Shown: positions 50,077-63,134, counted from the first letter of the stretch. The stretch: DNA of 64,000 nt from Acidobacteriota bacterium (GCA_965263035.1 OZ253580.1:2656001-2720000); one strand, 5' to 3'. A program made the numbers and translations. The notes: a model not told the origin generated them from the letters alone.

Positions 50077-51375
50077 TCAGAAACCGGCGTCCGGACCCAG
50101 GTATTCGCCCACGATGCGAGCCGTTCGGCCCACGGCGCCTCGATTGTCGCGAAGGATCCGGCGGGCATTTTGGCCCAGTCCCCGACGAGCCGCCACATTC
50201 CCCAGGAGTTCTCTCAGCCGCCGAGCCAAATCCCCCGAATTCCGGACCTGCAACGCCGCACCCCCCTCCAGGAAGGTCCGGGCCATTTCCCGGAAATTGT
50301 GCATGTGAGGCCCCACCAGTATGGGTTTGCCGAAGTGTGCCGCCTCGATGATGTTGTGGCCCCCCCACGTCACCAGACTGCCCCCCACGAAGACCACCAG
50401 GGCCAGTTCATAGACGTGGGCCAACTCGCCGATGGTGTCCAGCACCAGCACTTCCGGCCGGACGGGGGAGCCGCCATCCTGAAAACCGTTGAGGCTGCTG
50501 CGTTTCAGGTGGGCGAGGCCCCTGTGCCGAAGCAAGTCGGAGATCTCGGCCGACCTCCGGGGGTGTCGGGGAGCCAGCACCATGCGGAGATGGGGGTATT
50601 CCGGTTTGATCTCGTGGAAGGCGTCCAGAAGCTGCTCCTCCTCTCCCTCACGGGTGCTGCCGCAGACCCAGATCGGATCGGTTCCGAACAGGCTCCGAAT
50701 CCGTCGCGTCAATGCTGCCTGTCCAGGGTCCGGGTCCAAGCTGTAATCGTATTTCAGATTCCCGACCGAGCAGGTTCTGGAGGCAACCGATCCCAGTTCG
50801 ACGATCCGGTCCCGGTCTTGAGGCGACTGCATGCAGAGATGATCCAACTGCTGGAGAAAAGGCCGCAACGGGCGCCGAAAGTACCGGTAGCGAGCGAATG
50901 ACCGGTCGGAGATCCTGCCGTTGATGAGGACCAGGGGGATGCCCAACTCATGGGCGGCGACGATGAACCCGGGCCAGATCTCCGTTTCCACAACCAGGAC
51001 AGCCGCCGGATCCAAGCTCCTGAGATACTTCCTGCAGAGCCAGGTCCAGTCCAGGGGAAAATAGAAGATCCGGGCCCGGTCCCGGAAAAGCTGGCGGGCC
51101 AGGCGCTGCCCCGTCTCGGTCGTGGTGGAGATGCACAGTTGAGACGATTTCAGGTTCAGAGCATCTATCAGGGGGCGAATTGAGTTGACCTCCCCCACCG
51201 AGACGGCGTGGACCCAGAATCGGGTCGGGGCAGAAGCCGGTGAGGAGAAGCAATCGGGAACCATCATCCTCTTCCGGAAGGGAACGGGACGATGGCCCCG
51301 GAGATAACGAAAGAGGCGGATTGGGAGCCACAGGATCAGGCCAAGGGTATAGGCCAGCGTGTAGACGGCGATCAA
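50077..51375 (-). CDS. waaA: 3-deoxy-D-manno-octulosonic acid transferase
   Basis: WVHAVSVGE, ETEIWP, GNLKYD, APRHPRR and GGHNIIE motifs; start uncertain (TTG 51375 or GTG 51495). Confidence 0.92.
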   Translation of the reverse strand: MIAVYTLAYTLGLILWLPIRLFRYLRGHRPVPFRKRMMVPDCFSSPASAPTRFWVHAVSVGEVNSIRPLIDALNLKSSQLCISTTTETGQRLARQLFRDRARIFYFPLDWTWLCRKYLRSLDPAAVLVVETEIWPGFIVAAHELGIPLVLINGRISDRSFARYRYFRRPLRPFLQQLDHLCMQSPQDRDRIVELGSVASRTCSVGNLKYDYSLDPDPGQAALTRRIRSLFGTDPIWVCGSTREGEEEQLLDAFHEIKPEYPHLRMVLAPRHPRRSAEISDLLRHRGLAHLKRSSLNGFQDGGSPVRPEVLVLDTIGELAHVYELALVVFVGGSLVTWGGHNIIEAAHFGKPILVGPHMHNFREMARTFLEGGAALQVRNSGDLARRLRELLGNVAARRGLGQNARRILRDNRGAVGRTARIVGEYLGPDAGF

Positions 51376-51479
51376 CAGCGATGGAACCGGGGATCTGCCG
51401 TCCGAGCCGCGGCCGGAACGCCCCGGGGCCGAACCCGCATCTCCTTTGCCGGTTCCACGGTTCAGCCGTGGAACGTGTT

Positions 51480-51553
51480 TTTTCAGGGCGATCACAGACG
51501 CATATAATAACTTGTTTCCCGGCTTGACACGGGATTGGTCCTGAGGCTAAGAT
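51480..51553 (+). promoter_or_regulatory. Tandem sigma70-type promoters of the str operon
   Basis: TTTTCA-N17-TATAAT (51480-51508) and TTGACA-N18-TAAGAT (51524-51553). Confidence 0.6.
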
Positions 51554-51588
51554 CCCCCCGCCTATCATGGCGTGGGTGGGTCGAGTGC

Positions 51589-51613
51589 GGATGCCCCAGG
51601 GGCATCCTTTTTT
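51589..51613 (+). terminator. Terminator-like hairpin in the rpsL leader
   Basis: GGATGCCC-CAG-GGGCATCC followed by TTTTTT. Confidence 0.6.
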
Positions 51614-51693
51614 GTCTTAACAGAGTTTATTCTGCTCTCACGCCAGGCGTCGAAGGCGGTGCCGGTGGGCAGTTCCAGGAGTGGGTGGCATCG

Positions 51694-52068
51694 ATGCCGA
51701 CGTTCAATCAGTTGGTTCGCAAGGGTCGTAAGCCGGTGCGAACCAAGACCAAGAGTCCGGCGCTTCAGTCTTGTCCTCAAAGGCGTGGAGTCTGTGTTCG
51801 CGTGTACACGCAGACACCGAAGAAACCCAACTCAGCGCTTCGAAAAGTGACCCGCGTACGCTTGACCAACGGGATCGAAGTCACCACCTATATTCCAGGT
51901 GAGGGACACAATCTGCAGGAGCACTCCATAGTGCTCATTCGTGGCGGCCGGGTGAAGGACCTGCCGGGAGTGCGCTACCACGTGATACGCGGGACCTTGG
52001 ACACGGCCGGCGTAGATAATCGTAACAACAGCCGCTCCAAGTACGGCGCCAAGCGCCCCAAGAGTTAG
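51694..52068 (+). CDS. rpsL: 30S ribosomal protein S12
   Basis: [22 protein letters not shown] and [10 protein letters not shown]. Confidence 0.98.
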   Translation: MPTFNQLVRKGRKPVRTKTKSPALQSCPQRRGVCVRVYTQTPKKPNSALRKVTRVRLTNGIEVTTYIPGEGHNLQEHSIVLIRGGRVKDLPGVRYHVIRGTLDTAGVDNRNNSRSKYGAKRPKS

Positions 52069-52137
52069 CTGGGTCTTCAACAGCTGCATCGACGCCGAGT
52101 TCTATCGCAGCTTGCTTTGTGTCCAGGAGCCATCAAG

Positions 52138-52608
52138 ATGTCTAGAAGACGGGATGTCCCCAAACGAGATGTGGCTCCCGACCCCGTTTACAGCAGCCGG
52201 TTGGTGAGCCGTTTCATCAATCAGTCCATGGCGCGGGGAAAAAAGAGTGTATCCGAGAGAAACTTTTACGCCGCCATGAACCTGATCCAGGAGAGGACGG
52301 GAGAAGATCCGTTGCGGATCTTCAAGAGGGCGGTGGACAGGGTCAAGCCCATGGTGGAGACCAAGTCTCGCCGGGTGGGGGGATCGACCTATCAGGTTCC
52401 GATCGAAGTCAGCACGCGGCGGCAGACCTCGCTGGCCATTCGCTGGCTGGTGGGCTATGCCCGAGCCCGTCACGAAAAGACCATGAAGGAAAGGCTGGCC
52501 AACGAGCTGGCCGATGCCGCGAATGACCGCGGCGGAGCCGCACGCAGGAAGATGGACGTGCACCGGATGGCCGAGGCCAACCGTGCCTTCGCGCATTACC
52601 GATGGTGA
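52138..52608 (+). CDS. rpsG: 30S ribosomal protein S7
   Basis: [12 protein letters not shown] and [13 protein letters not shown]. Confidence 0.98.
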   Translation: MSRRRDVPKRDVAPDPVYSSRLVSRFINQSMARGKKSVSERNFYAAMNLIQERTGEDPLRIFKRAVDRVKPMVETKSRRVGGSTYQVPIEVSTRRQTSLAIRWLVGYARARHEKTMKERLANELADAANDRGGAARRKMDVHRMAEANRAFAHYRW

Positions 52609-52660
52609 GAGGGAAGGACTCGATTACCAACGGAGCCCGCATCAAGGGAAGATCAGTACA

Positions 52661-54769
52661 GTGGCCACTCAGTCTGCGCTTGAAAGGACGCGAAATATCG
52701 GCATCACGGCCCACATCGATGCCGGTAAGACGACGACTACCGAGCGGATTCTCTACTACACGGGAATCACCTACAAACTGGGTGAAGTGCACGAAGGAAC
52801 CGCCACCATGGACTGGATGCCCCAGGAACAGGAACGGGGCATCACCATCACCTCCGCCGCCACGACCTGCCACTGGAAGAATTTTCGCATCAACATCATC
52901 GATACCCCGGGCCACGTAGACTTCACGGCCGAGGTCGAACGATCCCTGCGGGTACTGGACGGCGCCATTGCCGTCTTCGACGCCGTCGCGGGCGTGGAAC
53001 CCCAGTCCGAGGCCGTCTGGCGCCAAGCGGACAAATACCGGGTGCCGCGAATCGCCTTCATGAACAAGATGGATCGCATGGGAGCCGATTTTTTTGCCTC
53101 AATGGAATCCATGACCCAGAAGCTCGGGGCGAACCCGGTTCCGGTCCAGATTCCCCTGGGCAAGGAGGAGTCCTTCGAAGGCGTCATCGACCTGATCTCC
53201 CGTAAGGCCATCCGCTACGAAACCGAAACCTTGGGCGCCAAGTTCGTGGAAAGCGAGATCCCTGAAGAATGGCGCGAGGTGGCGGAGCATTGGCGGGAGA
53301 AGATGGTGGAAACCGTGGTCGAGGTGGACGAGCAGTTGCTGGAAAAATACGTTCACGGAGAACCCATCGATTCCGACTCGCTCAAACGTGCTCTGCGGTT
53401 GGGAACCTGTCAAGGCAAGTTTACTCCCTGCTTCTGCGGTGCCGCTTTCAAGAACAAAGGTGTGCAGCTCCTGTTGGACGGCATCGTCGATTTTCTGCCC
53501 TCGCCGCTGGAGGTGCCCCCCCCGGAAGGAACCGAACCGGCCACGGGAGATCCGGTGACTCCACGAGTCTCCCAGGATGACCCTTTTTCGGCGCTGGTAT
53601 TCAAGATCATGGCCGACCCTTTCGTCGGACAGCTGGCCTTCGTCCGAGTCTACTCCGGATGCTTGGCGGCCAACTCCAAGGTCTACAACTCAGCTTCCGG
53701 CAAGGAAGAACGGGTGGGCCGGTTGCTCAAGATGCACGCCAACAAGCGAGAGGAACTCCGAGCGGTCGGCGCTGGCGACATCGCCGCCGTGGTGGGTCTC
53801 AAGAAAGTAGCGACGGGGGACACGATTTGTGATCCTGCCCGGCCCGTGCTGCTGGAATCCATGGAGTTTCCGGCTCCCGTGATCTCGGTGGCGATCGAGC
53901 CCAAGACGCGCCACGATCAGGACAAGCTGGGATTCGCACTGGCCAAGCTGGTTCACGAGGATCCTACTTTTCGGACTCACGCCGATCCGGAAACCGGACA
54001 GACCCTGATCTCGGGAATGGGGGAACTGCACTTAGAGATCATCGTGGATCGGCTGCTGCGTGAGTTCGGCGTCCGCGCCAACGTTGGCAAGCCGCACGTG
54101 GCGTACAGGGAGGGCATTTTGCGGACAGCTGAAGGGCGCGGCCGTTTCGTGCGCCAGACCGGCGGCCGGGGCCAGTACGGCGACGCCAAGGTCCGGGTCG
54201 AGCCCCTGGAGCCGGGCGCGGCCGAAACCGGGTTCCTGTTCGAGGATATGAGCGGCGGCGGTGTGATCCCTCGAGAATTCATTTCGGCGGTGAAGGCCGG
54301 TGTGCGGGAGGCCATGGAAGGCGGGGTTCTGGCCGGCTGCGAGATGGAGAACATCAAGGTGACCCTGTTGGACGGATCTCATCACGACGTGGATTCTTCG
54401 GAGATCGCGTTCAAGATCGCGGGCTCATTGGCCTTCAAGGAGGCCGCCCGGAAGGCGGGTCCCATCCTGCTGGAACCGGTCATGAAGGTCGAGGTGGTGG
54501 TGCCCCAGGAGTACATGGGCGAGGTCATAGGCGACCTCAACGGCCGCCGGGGTCGAGTCGCCCAGTTGGAACCCAGAGGAGGGAGCCAGGTGATCACGGC
54601 CTACGTGGCCTTGGAGACCATGTTCGGCTACGCCACCGGACTGCGGTCGATTACGCAGGGGAGGGCGACCCATACCATGCACTTCGAGCGCTACGAACAG
54701 GTCCCCAGGCAAGTGGTGGAAGAGCAGGTGGCGCGAACCCACGGCCGGCTTTTGACCCGGTCAGGTTGA
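52661..54769 (+). CDS. fusA: Elongation factor G
   Basis: GTG start; [27 protein letters not shown] and GMGELHL. Confidence 0.98.
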   Translation: MATQSALERTRNIGITAHIDAGKTTTTERILYYTGITYKLGEVHEGTATMDWMPQEQERGITITSAATTCHWKNFRINIIDTPGHVDFTAEVERSLRVLDGAIAVFDAVAGVEPQSEAVWRQADKYRVPRIAFMNKMDRMGADFFASMESMTQKLGANPVPVQIPLGKEESFEGVIDLISRKAIRYETETLGAKFVESEIPEEWREVAEHWREKMVETVVEVDEQLLEKYVHGEPIDSDSLKRALRLGTCQGKFTPCFCGAAFKNKGVQLLLDGIVDFLPSPLEVPPPEGTEPATGDPVTPRVSQDDPFSALVFKIMADPFVGQLAFVRVYSGCLAANSKVYNSASGKEERVGRLLKMHANKREELRAVGAGDIAAVVGLKKVATGDTICDPARPVLLESMEFPAPVISVAIEPKTRHDQDKLGFALAKLVHEDPTFRTHADPETGQTLISGMGELHLEIIVDRLLREFGVRANVGKPHVAYREGILRTAEGRGRFVRQTGGRGQYGDAKVRVEPLEPGAAETGFLFEDMSGGGVIPREFISAVKAGVREAMEGGVLAGCEMENIKVTLLDGSHHDVDSSEIAFKIAGSLAFKEAARKAGPILLEPVMKVEVVVPQEYMGEVIGDLNGRRGRVAQLEPRGGSQVITAYVALETMFGYATGLRSITQGRATHTMHFERYEQVPRQVVEEQVARTHGRLLTRSG

Positions 54770-54833
54770 ACCGGTCCGAAAGGACACGGAAGCGACGTCG
54801 ATCAGGATCGACTAAATCGGAAAAGAGGACGAG

Positions 54834-56021
<1,188 letters not shown>

Positions 56022-56031
56022 GCCCAAGAGC

Positions 56032-56358
56032 ATGAGCAACGAGAAAATCCGCATCCGACTCAAGGCTTACGACCACCGGGTTCTGGACCATTCCACCGGC
56101 GAGATCGTGGAAATCGCGCGCCGGACCGGCGCCCGGGTTTCGGGACCGATCCCTTTGCCCACGCGCATCGCCCGCTACACCGTCTTGCGTTCTCCCCACG
56201 TGGACAAGAAGTCTCGGGAGCAGTTCGAAATCAGGACTCACAAGCGCCTGGTCGATATCCTGGAGCCGACGCCCCAGACGGTGGATGCCTTGATGAAGCT
56301 GGATCTGCCGGCCGCCATCGACGTGGAGATCAAGGCCTTCGGAGCCGAGAAAGAATAG
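56032..56358 (+). CDS. rpsJ: 30S ribosomal protein S10
   Basis: [14 protein letters not shown] and [13 protein letters not shown]. Confidence 0.98.
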   Translation: MSNEKIRIRLKAYDHRVLDHSTGEIVEIARRTGARVSGPIPLPTRIARYTVLRSPHVDKKSREQFEIRTHKRLVDILEPTPQTVDALMKLDLPAAIDVEIKAFGAEKE

Positions 56359-56360
56359 TC

Positions 56361-57002
56361 ATGCTCCAAGGGATGATCGGCAGAAAAGTGGGAATGACCC
56401 AGCTCTTTGACGAAGCGGGTCAAGTCATTCCGGTGACGGTGCTTCGGATCGGTCCTTGCATCGTGGTCCAGAAGAAGACCTCCGAGAAGGAAGGCTACGC
56501 CGCACTTCAACTGGGTTTCATCGAGCCCGGGGTCCGGCGCCTCACTATGGGCGTGAAGGGCCACTTGCGAAAAGCAGGCTCGCCGCCGACCCGGATCCTG
56601 CGCGAGTTTGCCTACGAAGAGACTTCAGAGACGCCCCTGGACGTGGGGGATGAGGTGCTGGTCCATCAAGTTTTTCAAGCTGACGACACCGTCAACGTCG
56701 TGGCTAACAGCAAAGGGCGGGGGTTTCAGGGGGTGATCAAGCGCCACGGTTTCAGCGGCGGCCAGGCGACCCATGGATCCATGTTTCATCGGGCTCCAGG
56801 CTCCATCGGCCAAAGCGCTTCGCCCAGTCGAGTCTTCCCCGGGACCCGCGGGCCCGGGCGGATGGGGAACAAGCGGGTCACCATTCAGAATCTGCAGGTG
56901 GTCAAGGTGGACGAAGAGAACCACCTTCTGCTGGTCAAGGGTTCGGTGCCGGGCAGTCGGGCTCAATACCTCACCATTGTTCGTTCCGGGAGGCGGAATT
57001 GA
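56361..57002 (+). CDS. rplC: 50S ribosomal protein L3
   Basis: [10 protein letters not shown] and [13 protein letters not shown]. Confidence 0.98.
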   Translation: MLQGMIGRKVGMTQLFDEAGQVIPVTVLRIGPCIVVQKKTSEKEGYAALQLGFIEPGVRRLTMGVKGHLRKAGSPPTRILREFAYEETSETPLDVGDEVLVHQVFQADDTVNVVANSKGRGFQGVIKRHGFSGGQATHGSMFHRAPGSIGQSASPSRVFPGTRGPGRMGNKRVTIQNLQVVKVDEENHLLLVKGSVPGSRAQYLTIVRSGRRN

Positions 57003-57640
57003 CTGAGTCGGCATCGGAAGTCCAGGTCAGGAATCTGAGAAACGAGGTGGTGGAAACACTGGCCCTCTCCCGTCAGGTGTTCGACTATCAGGCGTCCGAA
57101 TCCTTGTTGTGGGAAGCGGTGACCGCCTTTCTGGCCGGCCGGCGCAAGGGTTCCCACTCCACCAAGACTCGTGCCGAGGTGCGGGGAGGCGGCCGGAAAC
57201 CATGGCGGCAAAAGGGAACCGGCCGGGCTCGTGCCGGAACCACGAGAAGTCCCCTCTGGAGAACGGGAGGCGTCGCCTTCGGTCCCAAGCCGAGAAACTA
57301 CGCGCAGTCGCTGTCCAAGAAGAAGCGGAGAGGAGCCGTCAAGCTGGTCCTGTCGGACAAGCTCAAGAGTGAAAAGCTTCTGGTTTTGGACTCATTGGAG
57401 TTGTCCAGCCACAAGACCACGAACTTCGTGGACGTCATGGGCACCTTCGACCTGACCCGGAAGCTGTTGGTAGTGGATTCGAGGAAGAACCAAAACCTCT
57501 TTCTGAGCACTCGAAACCTGCCGGGAGTCAAGATGGTTCCGGCACTCGGAGTCAACGTCTACGACTTGCTGAACGCCGAGGTCCTGATGATAAGCAAGGC
57601 TTCATTGCTGGAACTGCAGGAGGTATTGCTGAGGTCATGA
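56999..57640 (+). CDS. rplD: 50S ribosomal protein L4
   Basis: KPWRQKGTGRARAG; TTG start. Confidence 0.98.
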   Translation: MTESASEVQVRNLRNEVVETLALSRQVFDYQASESLLWEAVTAFLAGRRKGSHSTKTRAEVRGGGRKPWRQKGTGRARAGTTRSPLWRTGGVAFGPKPRNYAQSLSKKKRRGAVKLVLSDKLKSEKLLVLDSLELSSHKTTNFVDVMGTFDLTRKLLVVDSRKNQNLFLSTRNLPGVKMVPALGVNVYDLLNAEVLMISKASLLELQEVLLRS

Positions 57641-57933
57641 GCAGGTACGATATTCTCAGGCTCCCCCATATAACCGAGAAGGCGACCATTCAAAAGGACG
57701 AGTTCGAGGGCCGGATGGTGGTATTCAAGGTTCGACCCAAGGCCACGAAGCACCAGGTGAAGGCGGCGGTCCAGGGAATTTTCGACGTCGAGGTCGAGTC
57801 CGTTCGAACCGCCAACTTCAGGGGGAAGGTCAAGAGAATGGGCAAATATCGAGGACGGCGGGCCGATTGGAAAAAGGCCTACGTGACTCTGAAACCCGGC
57901 CAGGAAATGCCGGAAATTTTTGACACGGTATAG
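57637..57933 (+). CDS. rplW: 50S ribosomal protein L23
   Basis: PHITEKA and WKKAYVTL. Confidence 0.97.
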   Translation: MSRYDILRLPHITEKATIQKDEFEGRMVVFKVRPKATKHQVKAAVQGIFDVEVESVRTANFRGKVKRMGKYRGRRADWKKAYVTLKPGQEMPEIFDTV

Positions 57934-57938
57934 AACCG

Positions 57939-58763
57939 ATGCCTTTGAAAAGTTACAAGCCCACGTCACCCGGCACCAGATTCCGAACCGTCCAGACCGG
58001 CGAGGATCTGACCGACATCAAACCGCTCAAGCGCCTGACCCGGGGGAAGAAGCGGATCAGCGGGCGCAACAGCGATGGAAAGATCTGCGTCCGGCGCCGG
58101 GGAGGCGGCCACAAGCGACGCTATCGAGTTGTCGACTTCAAGCGCAACAAGGATGGGGTGCCGGCGCGAGTCGCCGCCATCGAATACGACCCCAATCGGA
58201 GCGCCCGGCTCGCCCGGCTCCACTATCTGGATGGAGAGAAACGGTACATCCTGGCGCCGAACGGTTTGAAGGTGGGCGACGAGGTGGTTTCGGGACCGAC
58301 GGTGGACATTATGCCGGGCAATTGCCTGCCCATCGCCAACATCCCGTTGGGAACCATGATCCACAACATCGAACTGACTCAGGGCCGGGGAGGTCAGATG
58401 GTGCGGTCTGCGGGTGGAAGTGCCCAGTTGCTGGCCAAAGAGGGGAATTACGCCCAGATCAAGCTGCCTTCGGACGAGGTGCGCAAGGTCCATGTCCTCT
58501 GCCGGGCCACCGTCGGCCAAGTGGGGAATCTCGATCACGAGAACGTCACCCTGGGAAAGGCCGGAGCCAACCGTTGGCGCGGGCGGCGACCCAAGGTCAG
58601 AGGCGTGGCCATGAACCCCGTCGACCATCCCATGGGCGGCGGCGAAGGGAAGACTTCGGGCGGACGGCATCCCACTTCCCCCTGGGGCTGGAAGACGAAA
58701 GGCTACCGGACCCGGAAGAACAACAGGACCGGGAAGATGATTGTCCGGCGGAGAAAGAAGTAG
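57939..58763 (+). CDS. rplB: 50S ribosomal protein L2
   Basis: IEYDPNRSA and [17 protein letters not shown]. Confidence 0.98.
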   Translation: MPLKSYKPTSPGTRFRTVQTGEDLTDIKPLKRLTRGKKRISGRNSDGKICVRRRGGGHKRRYRVVDFKRNKDGVPARVAAIEYDPNRSARLARLHYLDGEKRYILAPNGLKVGDEVVSGPTVDIMPGNCLPIANIPLGTMIHNIELTQGRGGQMVRSAGGSAQLLAKEGNYAQIKLPSDEVRKVHVLCRATVGQVGNLDHENVTLGKAGANRWRGRRPKVRGVAMNPVDHPMGGGEGKTSGGRHPTSPWGWKTKGYRTRKNNRTGKMIVRRRKK

Positions 58764-58771
58764 GAGGCTCA

Positions 58772-59056
58772 ATGCCCAGGTCGGTCAAAAAGGGTCCCTT
58801 TGTGGACGATCACTTGTACAAGAAACTGCGTCACCTGAATGAGACCAACGAGAGGGCGGTCATCCGGACCTGGTCCCGGAGATCGACCATCACGCCGGAG
58901 ATGGTGGGACACACGATTGCCGTTCACAACGGCAAGAGGTTCATTCCCATCTACATCACCGAGAACATCGTGGGACATAAGCTGGGTGAATTCGCTCCCA
59001 CAAGAATTTTCAGGGGACACATTCGTAGACACGAGCGCATGGCCAGGATGCGGTAG
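58772..59056 (+). CDS. rpsS: 30S ribosomal protein S19
   Basis: [12 protein letters not shown] and [11 protein letters not shown]. Confidence 0.98.
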   Translation: MPRSVKKGPFVDDHLYKKLRHLNETNERAVIRTWSRRSTITPEMVGHTIAVHNGKRFIPIYITENIVGHKLGEFAPTRIFRGHIRRHERMARMR

Positions 59057-59125
59057 CGCCATTAGGATGAAATCGAAAAGTCCGGCACTGGCCGGACCGA
59101 CGGCAGAGGTTGCGGAGCAGGACTT

Positions 59126-59473
59126 GTGAAAGCATCGGCCACGGCAAAATACGTGAAGGGGTCGCCCCAGAAGGCGCGTTTGGTCATCGACCTGATTCGG
59201 GGACGGAAGGTGGAGGCAGCGCTGGACATTCTCCGTTTTTCGCGGAAGAGAGTGGCTCGCCCCATCTCCAAGGTGTTGCGTTCGGCCATCGCCAACGCCG
59301 AGCAGAAGTCGCCGGTCATCGACGCGGATGATCTGTTCGTGAAGGAGGCCTACGTCGACCTGGGACCGACCAAATGGCGTTTCAGGATGCGTCCCGTTCC
59401 CATGGGACGGGCGTTCCGCGAGCGGCGGCGCCAGAGCCATATTACGATCCGGGTATCGGACGGGAAGTCATAG
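59126..59473 (+). CDS. rplV: 50S ribosomal protein L22
   Basis: SPQKARLVIDLIRG and SAIANA. Confidence 0.97.
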   Translation: MKASATAKYVKGSPQKARLVIDLIRGRKVEAALDILRFSRKRVARPISKVLRSAIANAEQKSPVIDADDLFVKEAYVDLGPTKWRFRMRPVPMGRAFRERRRQSHITIRVSDGKS

Positions 59474-59482
59474 GAGGCAAGT

Positions 59483-60136
59483 TTGGGTCAGAAAGTCCAC
59501 CCGTACGGGTTTCGCTTAGGTTACATCAACACGTGGCGCTCTCGCTGGTATGCGGAAAAGAACTACGGAGATCTGCTGCACGAGGATCTTCAGATCAAGA
59601 AGAATCTGAAGCGGCAGTTCTACCACGCCGGGATCTCTGCCATCGAGATCGAGCGGATGGCGGCCAACAAGCTCACCGTCATCGTGAAAACGGCTCGGCC
59701 CGGGATCATCATCGGTCGCAAGGGCAGCGAGATCGACAAGTTGAAGAGTGATCTCCAGACCGCCACCGGACGCGAGGTGTACATCAATATTCAGGAGGAA
59801 CAGAAGCCCGAGGTGGATGCCCAGCTGGTGGCCGAGTCCATCAGCCAGCAGTTGTTGCGCCGGGTGGCCTTCCGCAGGGCCATGCGCCGCGCCGTAGAGA
59901 CCGCGGTGCGTTTTGGAGCCCAGGGGATCAAGGTCCGGTGCGGAGGGCGGCTCAACGGCGCCGAGATCGCCAGAGCCGAGTGGTATCTCCACGGCCGACT
60001 GCCTCTCCATACCTTGCGGGCCCGGATCGACCACGGCTTCGCCGAAGCTTTCACCACCTATGGCGTCATCGGCGTCAAGGTGTGGGTCTACAAGGGTGAG
60101 GTCTTCGGGGCCGAGGGATCGTCCCGGTCGAATTGA
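59483..60136 (+). CDS. rpsC: 30S ribosomal protein S3
   Basis: TTG start; [12 protein letters not shown] and [10 protein letters not shown]. Confidence 0.98.
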   Translation: MGQKVHPYGFRLGYINTWRSRWYAEKNYGDLLHEDLQIKKNLKRQFYHAGISAIEIERMAANKLTVIVKTARPGIIIGRKGSEIDKLKSDLQTATGREVYINIQEEQKPEVDAQLVAESISQQLLRRVAFRRAMRRAVETAVRFGAQGIKVRCGGRLNGAEIARAEWYLHGRLPLHTLRARIDHGFAEAFTTYGVIGVKVWVYKGEVFGAEGSSRSN

Positions 60137-60154
60137 ACGGGGGTCATTGCAGTC

Positions 60155-60571
60155 ATGTTGATGCCGAAGAAGATCAAGTACCGGAAACAACAGAAGGGGA
60201 GAATGACGGGCAAGGCTCTCCGCGGCAGCACCATGTCGTTCGGCGAATATGGCCTCAAAGCCATGCAGCCCGGTTGGATCACCGACCGGCAGATCGAGGC
60301 GGCCCGAATCGCAATGACCCGTTATGTCCAGCGCGGAGGGAAAATCTGGATTCGGATCTTTCCCGACAAGCCGATTACCAAGAAACCGGCCGAGACCAGA
60401 ATGGGCAAAGGGAAAGGGGCACCCATGGGATGGGTGGCGGTGGTGCGGCCGGGTTCCATCCTCTATGAGATGGAGGGACTGCCCCACGACATGGCGAAGG
60501 AAGCCATGCGGCTGGCAGCCAACAAACTGCCATTGCGGACTCGTTTCGTGACCCGGCTGGATTCGGCATGA
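60155..60571 (+). CDS. rplP: 50S ribosomal protein L16
   Basis: [11 protein letters not shown] and ETRMGKGKG. Confidence 0.98.
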   Translation: MLMPKKIKYRKQQKGRMTGKALRGSTMSFGEYGLKAMQPGWITDRQIEAARIAMTRYVQRGGKIWIRIFPDKPITKKPAETRMGKGKGAPMGWVAVVRPGSILYEMEGLPHDMAKEAMRLAANKLPLRTRFVTRLDSA

Positions 60572-60762
60572 ACGCATCCAAGCTGAGAGAAATGTCATTG
60601 GAGGACCTGGAATCGGAAGGCCAGGCGCTCTCTGAGCAGATCTTCCGATTGCGGTTCCAAAAAGCCACGGGACAACTGGAGAATCGCACCAAGATCCGGC
60701 AGATCCGACGGGATCTGGCCCGCGTCAAGACCATTCTGACGGAGAGACGGCAGCAACTGTAG
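60568..60762 (+). CDS. rpmC: 50S ribosomal protein L29
   Basis: [14 protein letters not shown]...RRDLARVKT. Confidence 0.96.
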   Translation: MNASKLREMSLEDLESEGQALSEQIFRLRFQKATGQLENRTKIRQIRRDLARVKTILTERRQQL

Positions 60763-60825
60763 TGAGTTGAGACGGGGCGGAGTTGCCCGGACCAATCCGC
60801 TCCCTGGTCTATCGAGGGAAAGAGT

Positions 60826-61104
60826 ATGGCGACTGAGTCGGTGGAAAGGCGGGCGCAAAAAAGGAATCGGAGGACCGGAAGGGTCGTCTCCGCCGCCATG
60901 ACCAAGGGAATCGTCGTGGCCGTTGACCGTCTGGTGGCCCATCCGCTCTACAAAAAGACCCTTCGACGCACCAACAAGCTCATGGCCCACGACGAGCAGA
61001 ACGAGTGCCGGGCGGGCGACAAGGTTCTGATCGAGGAGACTCGGCCTCTGAGCAAGCGGAAGCGTTGGACCCTGGTGCGGGTTGTGGAGAAAGCCAAGGG
61101 GTAG
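60826..61104 (+). CDS. rpsQ: 30S ribosomal protein S17
   Basis: HPLYKK, AHDE and [11 protein letters not shown]. Confidence 0.97.
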   Translation: MATESVERRAQKRNRRTGRVVSAAMTKGIVVAVDRLVAHPLYKKTLRRTNKLMAHDEQNECRAGDKVLIEETRPLSKRKRWTLVRVVEKAKG

Positions 61105-61111
61105 GTGGATC

Positions 61112-61480
61112 ATGATCCAGATGCAGACCGTTCTGAACGTTGCTGACAATTCGGGAGCCCGAAGAATCTCCTGCATCGCACCCTTGGGCGGCGACGTGGG
61201 ACGAGGCGCCAGTCTGGGAGAAGTCATCACGGCCTCAGTGAAGGAGGCCAGCCCCAACGGCGCTGTGAAGAAGGGCGAAGTGGTAAGGGCGGTCGTTGTC
61301 CGCATGCGTAAGCAGAACCGGCGCCCGGACGGCTCTTACATCCGCTTCGACGAGAACGCGGCGGTCGTTATCAACAACGCCCGGGAACCGGTCGGAACCC
61401 GCGTCTTCGGTCCGGTGGCGAGAGAGTTGAGGGAAAAACGATTCATGAGGATCGTTTCGTTGGCTCCTGAGGTTTTGTGA
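61112..61480 (+). CDS. rplN: 50S ribosomal protein L14
   Basis: [16 protein letters not shown] and [12 protein letters not shown]. Confidence 0.98.
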   Translation: MIQMQTVLNVADNSGARRISCIAPLGGDVGRGASLGEVITASVKEASPNGAVKKGEVVRAVVVRMRKQNRRPDGSYIRFDENAAVVINNAREPVGTRVFGPVARELREKRFMRIVSLAPEVL

Positions 61481-61498
61481 CCAGAGAAGGGTTTCCGG

Positions 61499-61819
61499 AT
61501 GCTCCACGTGAAGGCGAATGACCAGGTGCTGGTGCTGGCGGGGAAAGATCGGGGCAAGACGGGGCGTGTTCTCCGGTTGCTGCCTGATCGGAAACGTGCC
61601 GTGGTCGAGACCATCAACATGATCTACCGCCACACCAGGCAAAATCCGCAGCAGAACGTGCAAGGGGGAGTCCTGGAAAAGGAAGCTCCGCTGGCTCTCT
61701 CGAATCTGAAGGTGATCTGCAGGGAGTGCAACGAGGCGACCCGGGTGGGCTTCACGCGGCTCTCCGACGGGAAGAAGGTCCGAACCTGCAAGAAGTGCGG
61801 AGGCACCATCGACAAGTAG
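61499..61819 (+). CDS. rplX: 50S ribosomal protein L24 (with CxxC...CxxC)
   Basis: [11 protein letters not shown] and EKEAPL. Confidence 0.97.
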   Translation: MLHVKANDQVLVLAGKDRGKTGRVLRLLPDRKRAVVETINMIYRHTRQNPQQNVQGGVLEKEAPLALSNLKVICRECNEATRVGFTRLSDGKKVRTCKKCGGTIDK

Positions 61820-61852
61820 CGTCCCCACGGGGCGGCAGCAAGGGTAAAGGCA

Positions 61853-62416
61853 GTGGCTCGGCTAAAACAGAAAATCAAGGAAGAGGTGGTCCCGAAGCTG
61901 GTGGAGGAGTTCGGCTATGACAACGTCATGGCGATCCCCAAGCTCGTCAAGGTCGTGGTCAATCTGGGTTTGGGACAGGCGATCCAGAATATTCGGCTGC
62001 TGGACTCGGCGGCGGCCGACCTGACCGCCATCACCGGACAGAAGCCGGTAGTGACCCGCGCCAGGAAATCCATCGCCGGGTTCAAGCTGCGCCAAGGGAT
62101 GCCGATCGGAGTGATGGTCACGTTGCGGGGGAACCGGATGCTCGAGTTCTTGGATCGGTTCATCAACATCGGCCTTCCCCGAGTCCGGGATTTTCGAGGA
62201 GTTCCTCCCAACGCGTTCGACGGGCAGGGCAACTATACGTTCGGAATCCGGGAGCAATCGATATTTCCGGAGATCGATCTGGGCCGGACCGAGACGACGC
62301 ACGGGATGAACGTCACCATTGTGACTACGGCCAAGTCGGATGAAGAGGCACGCGTCCTGCTGGCGGGGCTGGGCATTCCCTTTGGCCGGGAGGAGGACCG
62401 CCAGCTGATATTCTGA
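61853..62416 (+). CDS. rplE: 50S ribosomal protein L5
   Basis: [15 protein letters not shown] and FDGQGNY. Confidence 0.98.
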   Translation: MARLKQKIKEEVVPKLVEEFGYDNVMAIPKLVKVVVNLGLGQAIQNIRLLDSAAADLTAITGQKPVVTRARKSIAGFKLRQGMPIGVMVTLRGNRMLEFLDRFINIGLPRVRDFRGVPPNAFDGQGNYTFGIREQSIFPEIDLGRTETTHGMNVTIVTTAKSDEEARVLLAGLGIPFGREEDRQLIF

Positions 62417-62494
62417 CCAGCCCGGGGAGGTCTCGCAGGCGAGACTCTCGACCCTGGTTCGTTGACGGCGTGCCGGTACAGGAGGTGTAGGAGG

Positions 62495-62680
62495 ATGGCC
62501 CGAAAGAGTTTGATTGCGAAACAGAACAGACCACCCAAGTTCTCCACGCGGCGCTACAGCAGATGCCGGCGCTGCGGGCGTCCTCGAGGTTTTCTACGCA
62601 AGTTCCAGCTCTGCAGGATCTGCTTCCGCCAACTGGCCCTGTTGGGAGAGATTCCCGGAGTGATCAAGGCCAGTTGGTGA
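62495..62680 (+). CDS. rpsN: 30S ribosomal protein S14, type Z
   Basis: 61 aa; CRRCGR...LCRICFR. Confidence 0.97.
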   Translation: MARKSLIAKQNRPPKFSTRRYSRCRRCGRPRGFLRKFQLCRICFRQLALLGEIPGVIKASW

Positions 62681-62735
62681 TGCCGTTCCGGCGGCGTCCG
62701 CCGGCGGTTGCGGGCGAAGGCGAAAGAAGAATCTC

Positions 62736-63134
62736 ATGTCAGTCACGTATCCCATAGCCGATCTTCTCACCCGGATCAGAAACGCCCTCGCGGTCGGGCA
62801 CGATGCGGTCCAGATTCCCCATTCCAAGCTCAAGGCGGAAGTGGTGAAAATCCTTCATCAGCAAGGATATATTTCCGGCTACACGAGCGACGGAGAGCGG
62901 CCGTTCGAGTGCCTGACGGTCCGCCTCAAGTACGGTCGCGACAATACGCCCGTGATCCGGGTCCTGCGCTGTATCAGCACTCCGGGACGCCGCATATACG
63001 TGGGCAGGAACGAGATCCCGCTGGTGCTGGAAGGTCTGGGCATCAACATTCTTTCCACGTCGCAGGGAATCGTGACCGGGAAGAAAGCCAGGGAGTTGGG
63101 TATCGGCGGAGAGTTGCTTTGTGAGGTGTACTGA
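62736..63134 (+). CDS. rpsH: 30S ribosomal protein S8
   Basis: PIADLLTRIRNA, STSQG and GGELLC. Confidence 0.97.
   Translation: MSVTYPIADLLTRIRNALAVGHDAVQIPHSKLKAEVVKILHQQGYISGYTSDGERPFECLTVRLKYGRDNTPVIRVLRCISTPGRRIYVGRNEIPLVLEGLGINILSTSQGIVTGKKARELGIGGELLCEVY

Noticed and set aside
61499-62680. Zinc-ribbon L24 and type Z S14
   Set aside because: Well-known C+ ribosomal protein variants, not novel.
62745-62753. S8 TYPIAD instead of the usual TDPIAD (also L2 LPSDE for LPSGE)
   Set aside because: Single-base differences; lineage variation and sequencing error cannot be separated without alignments.
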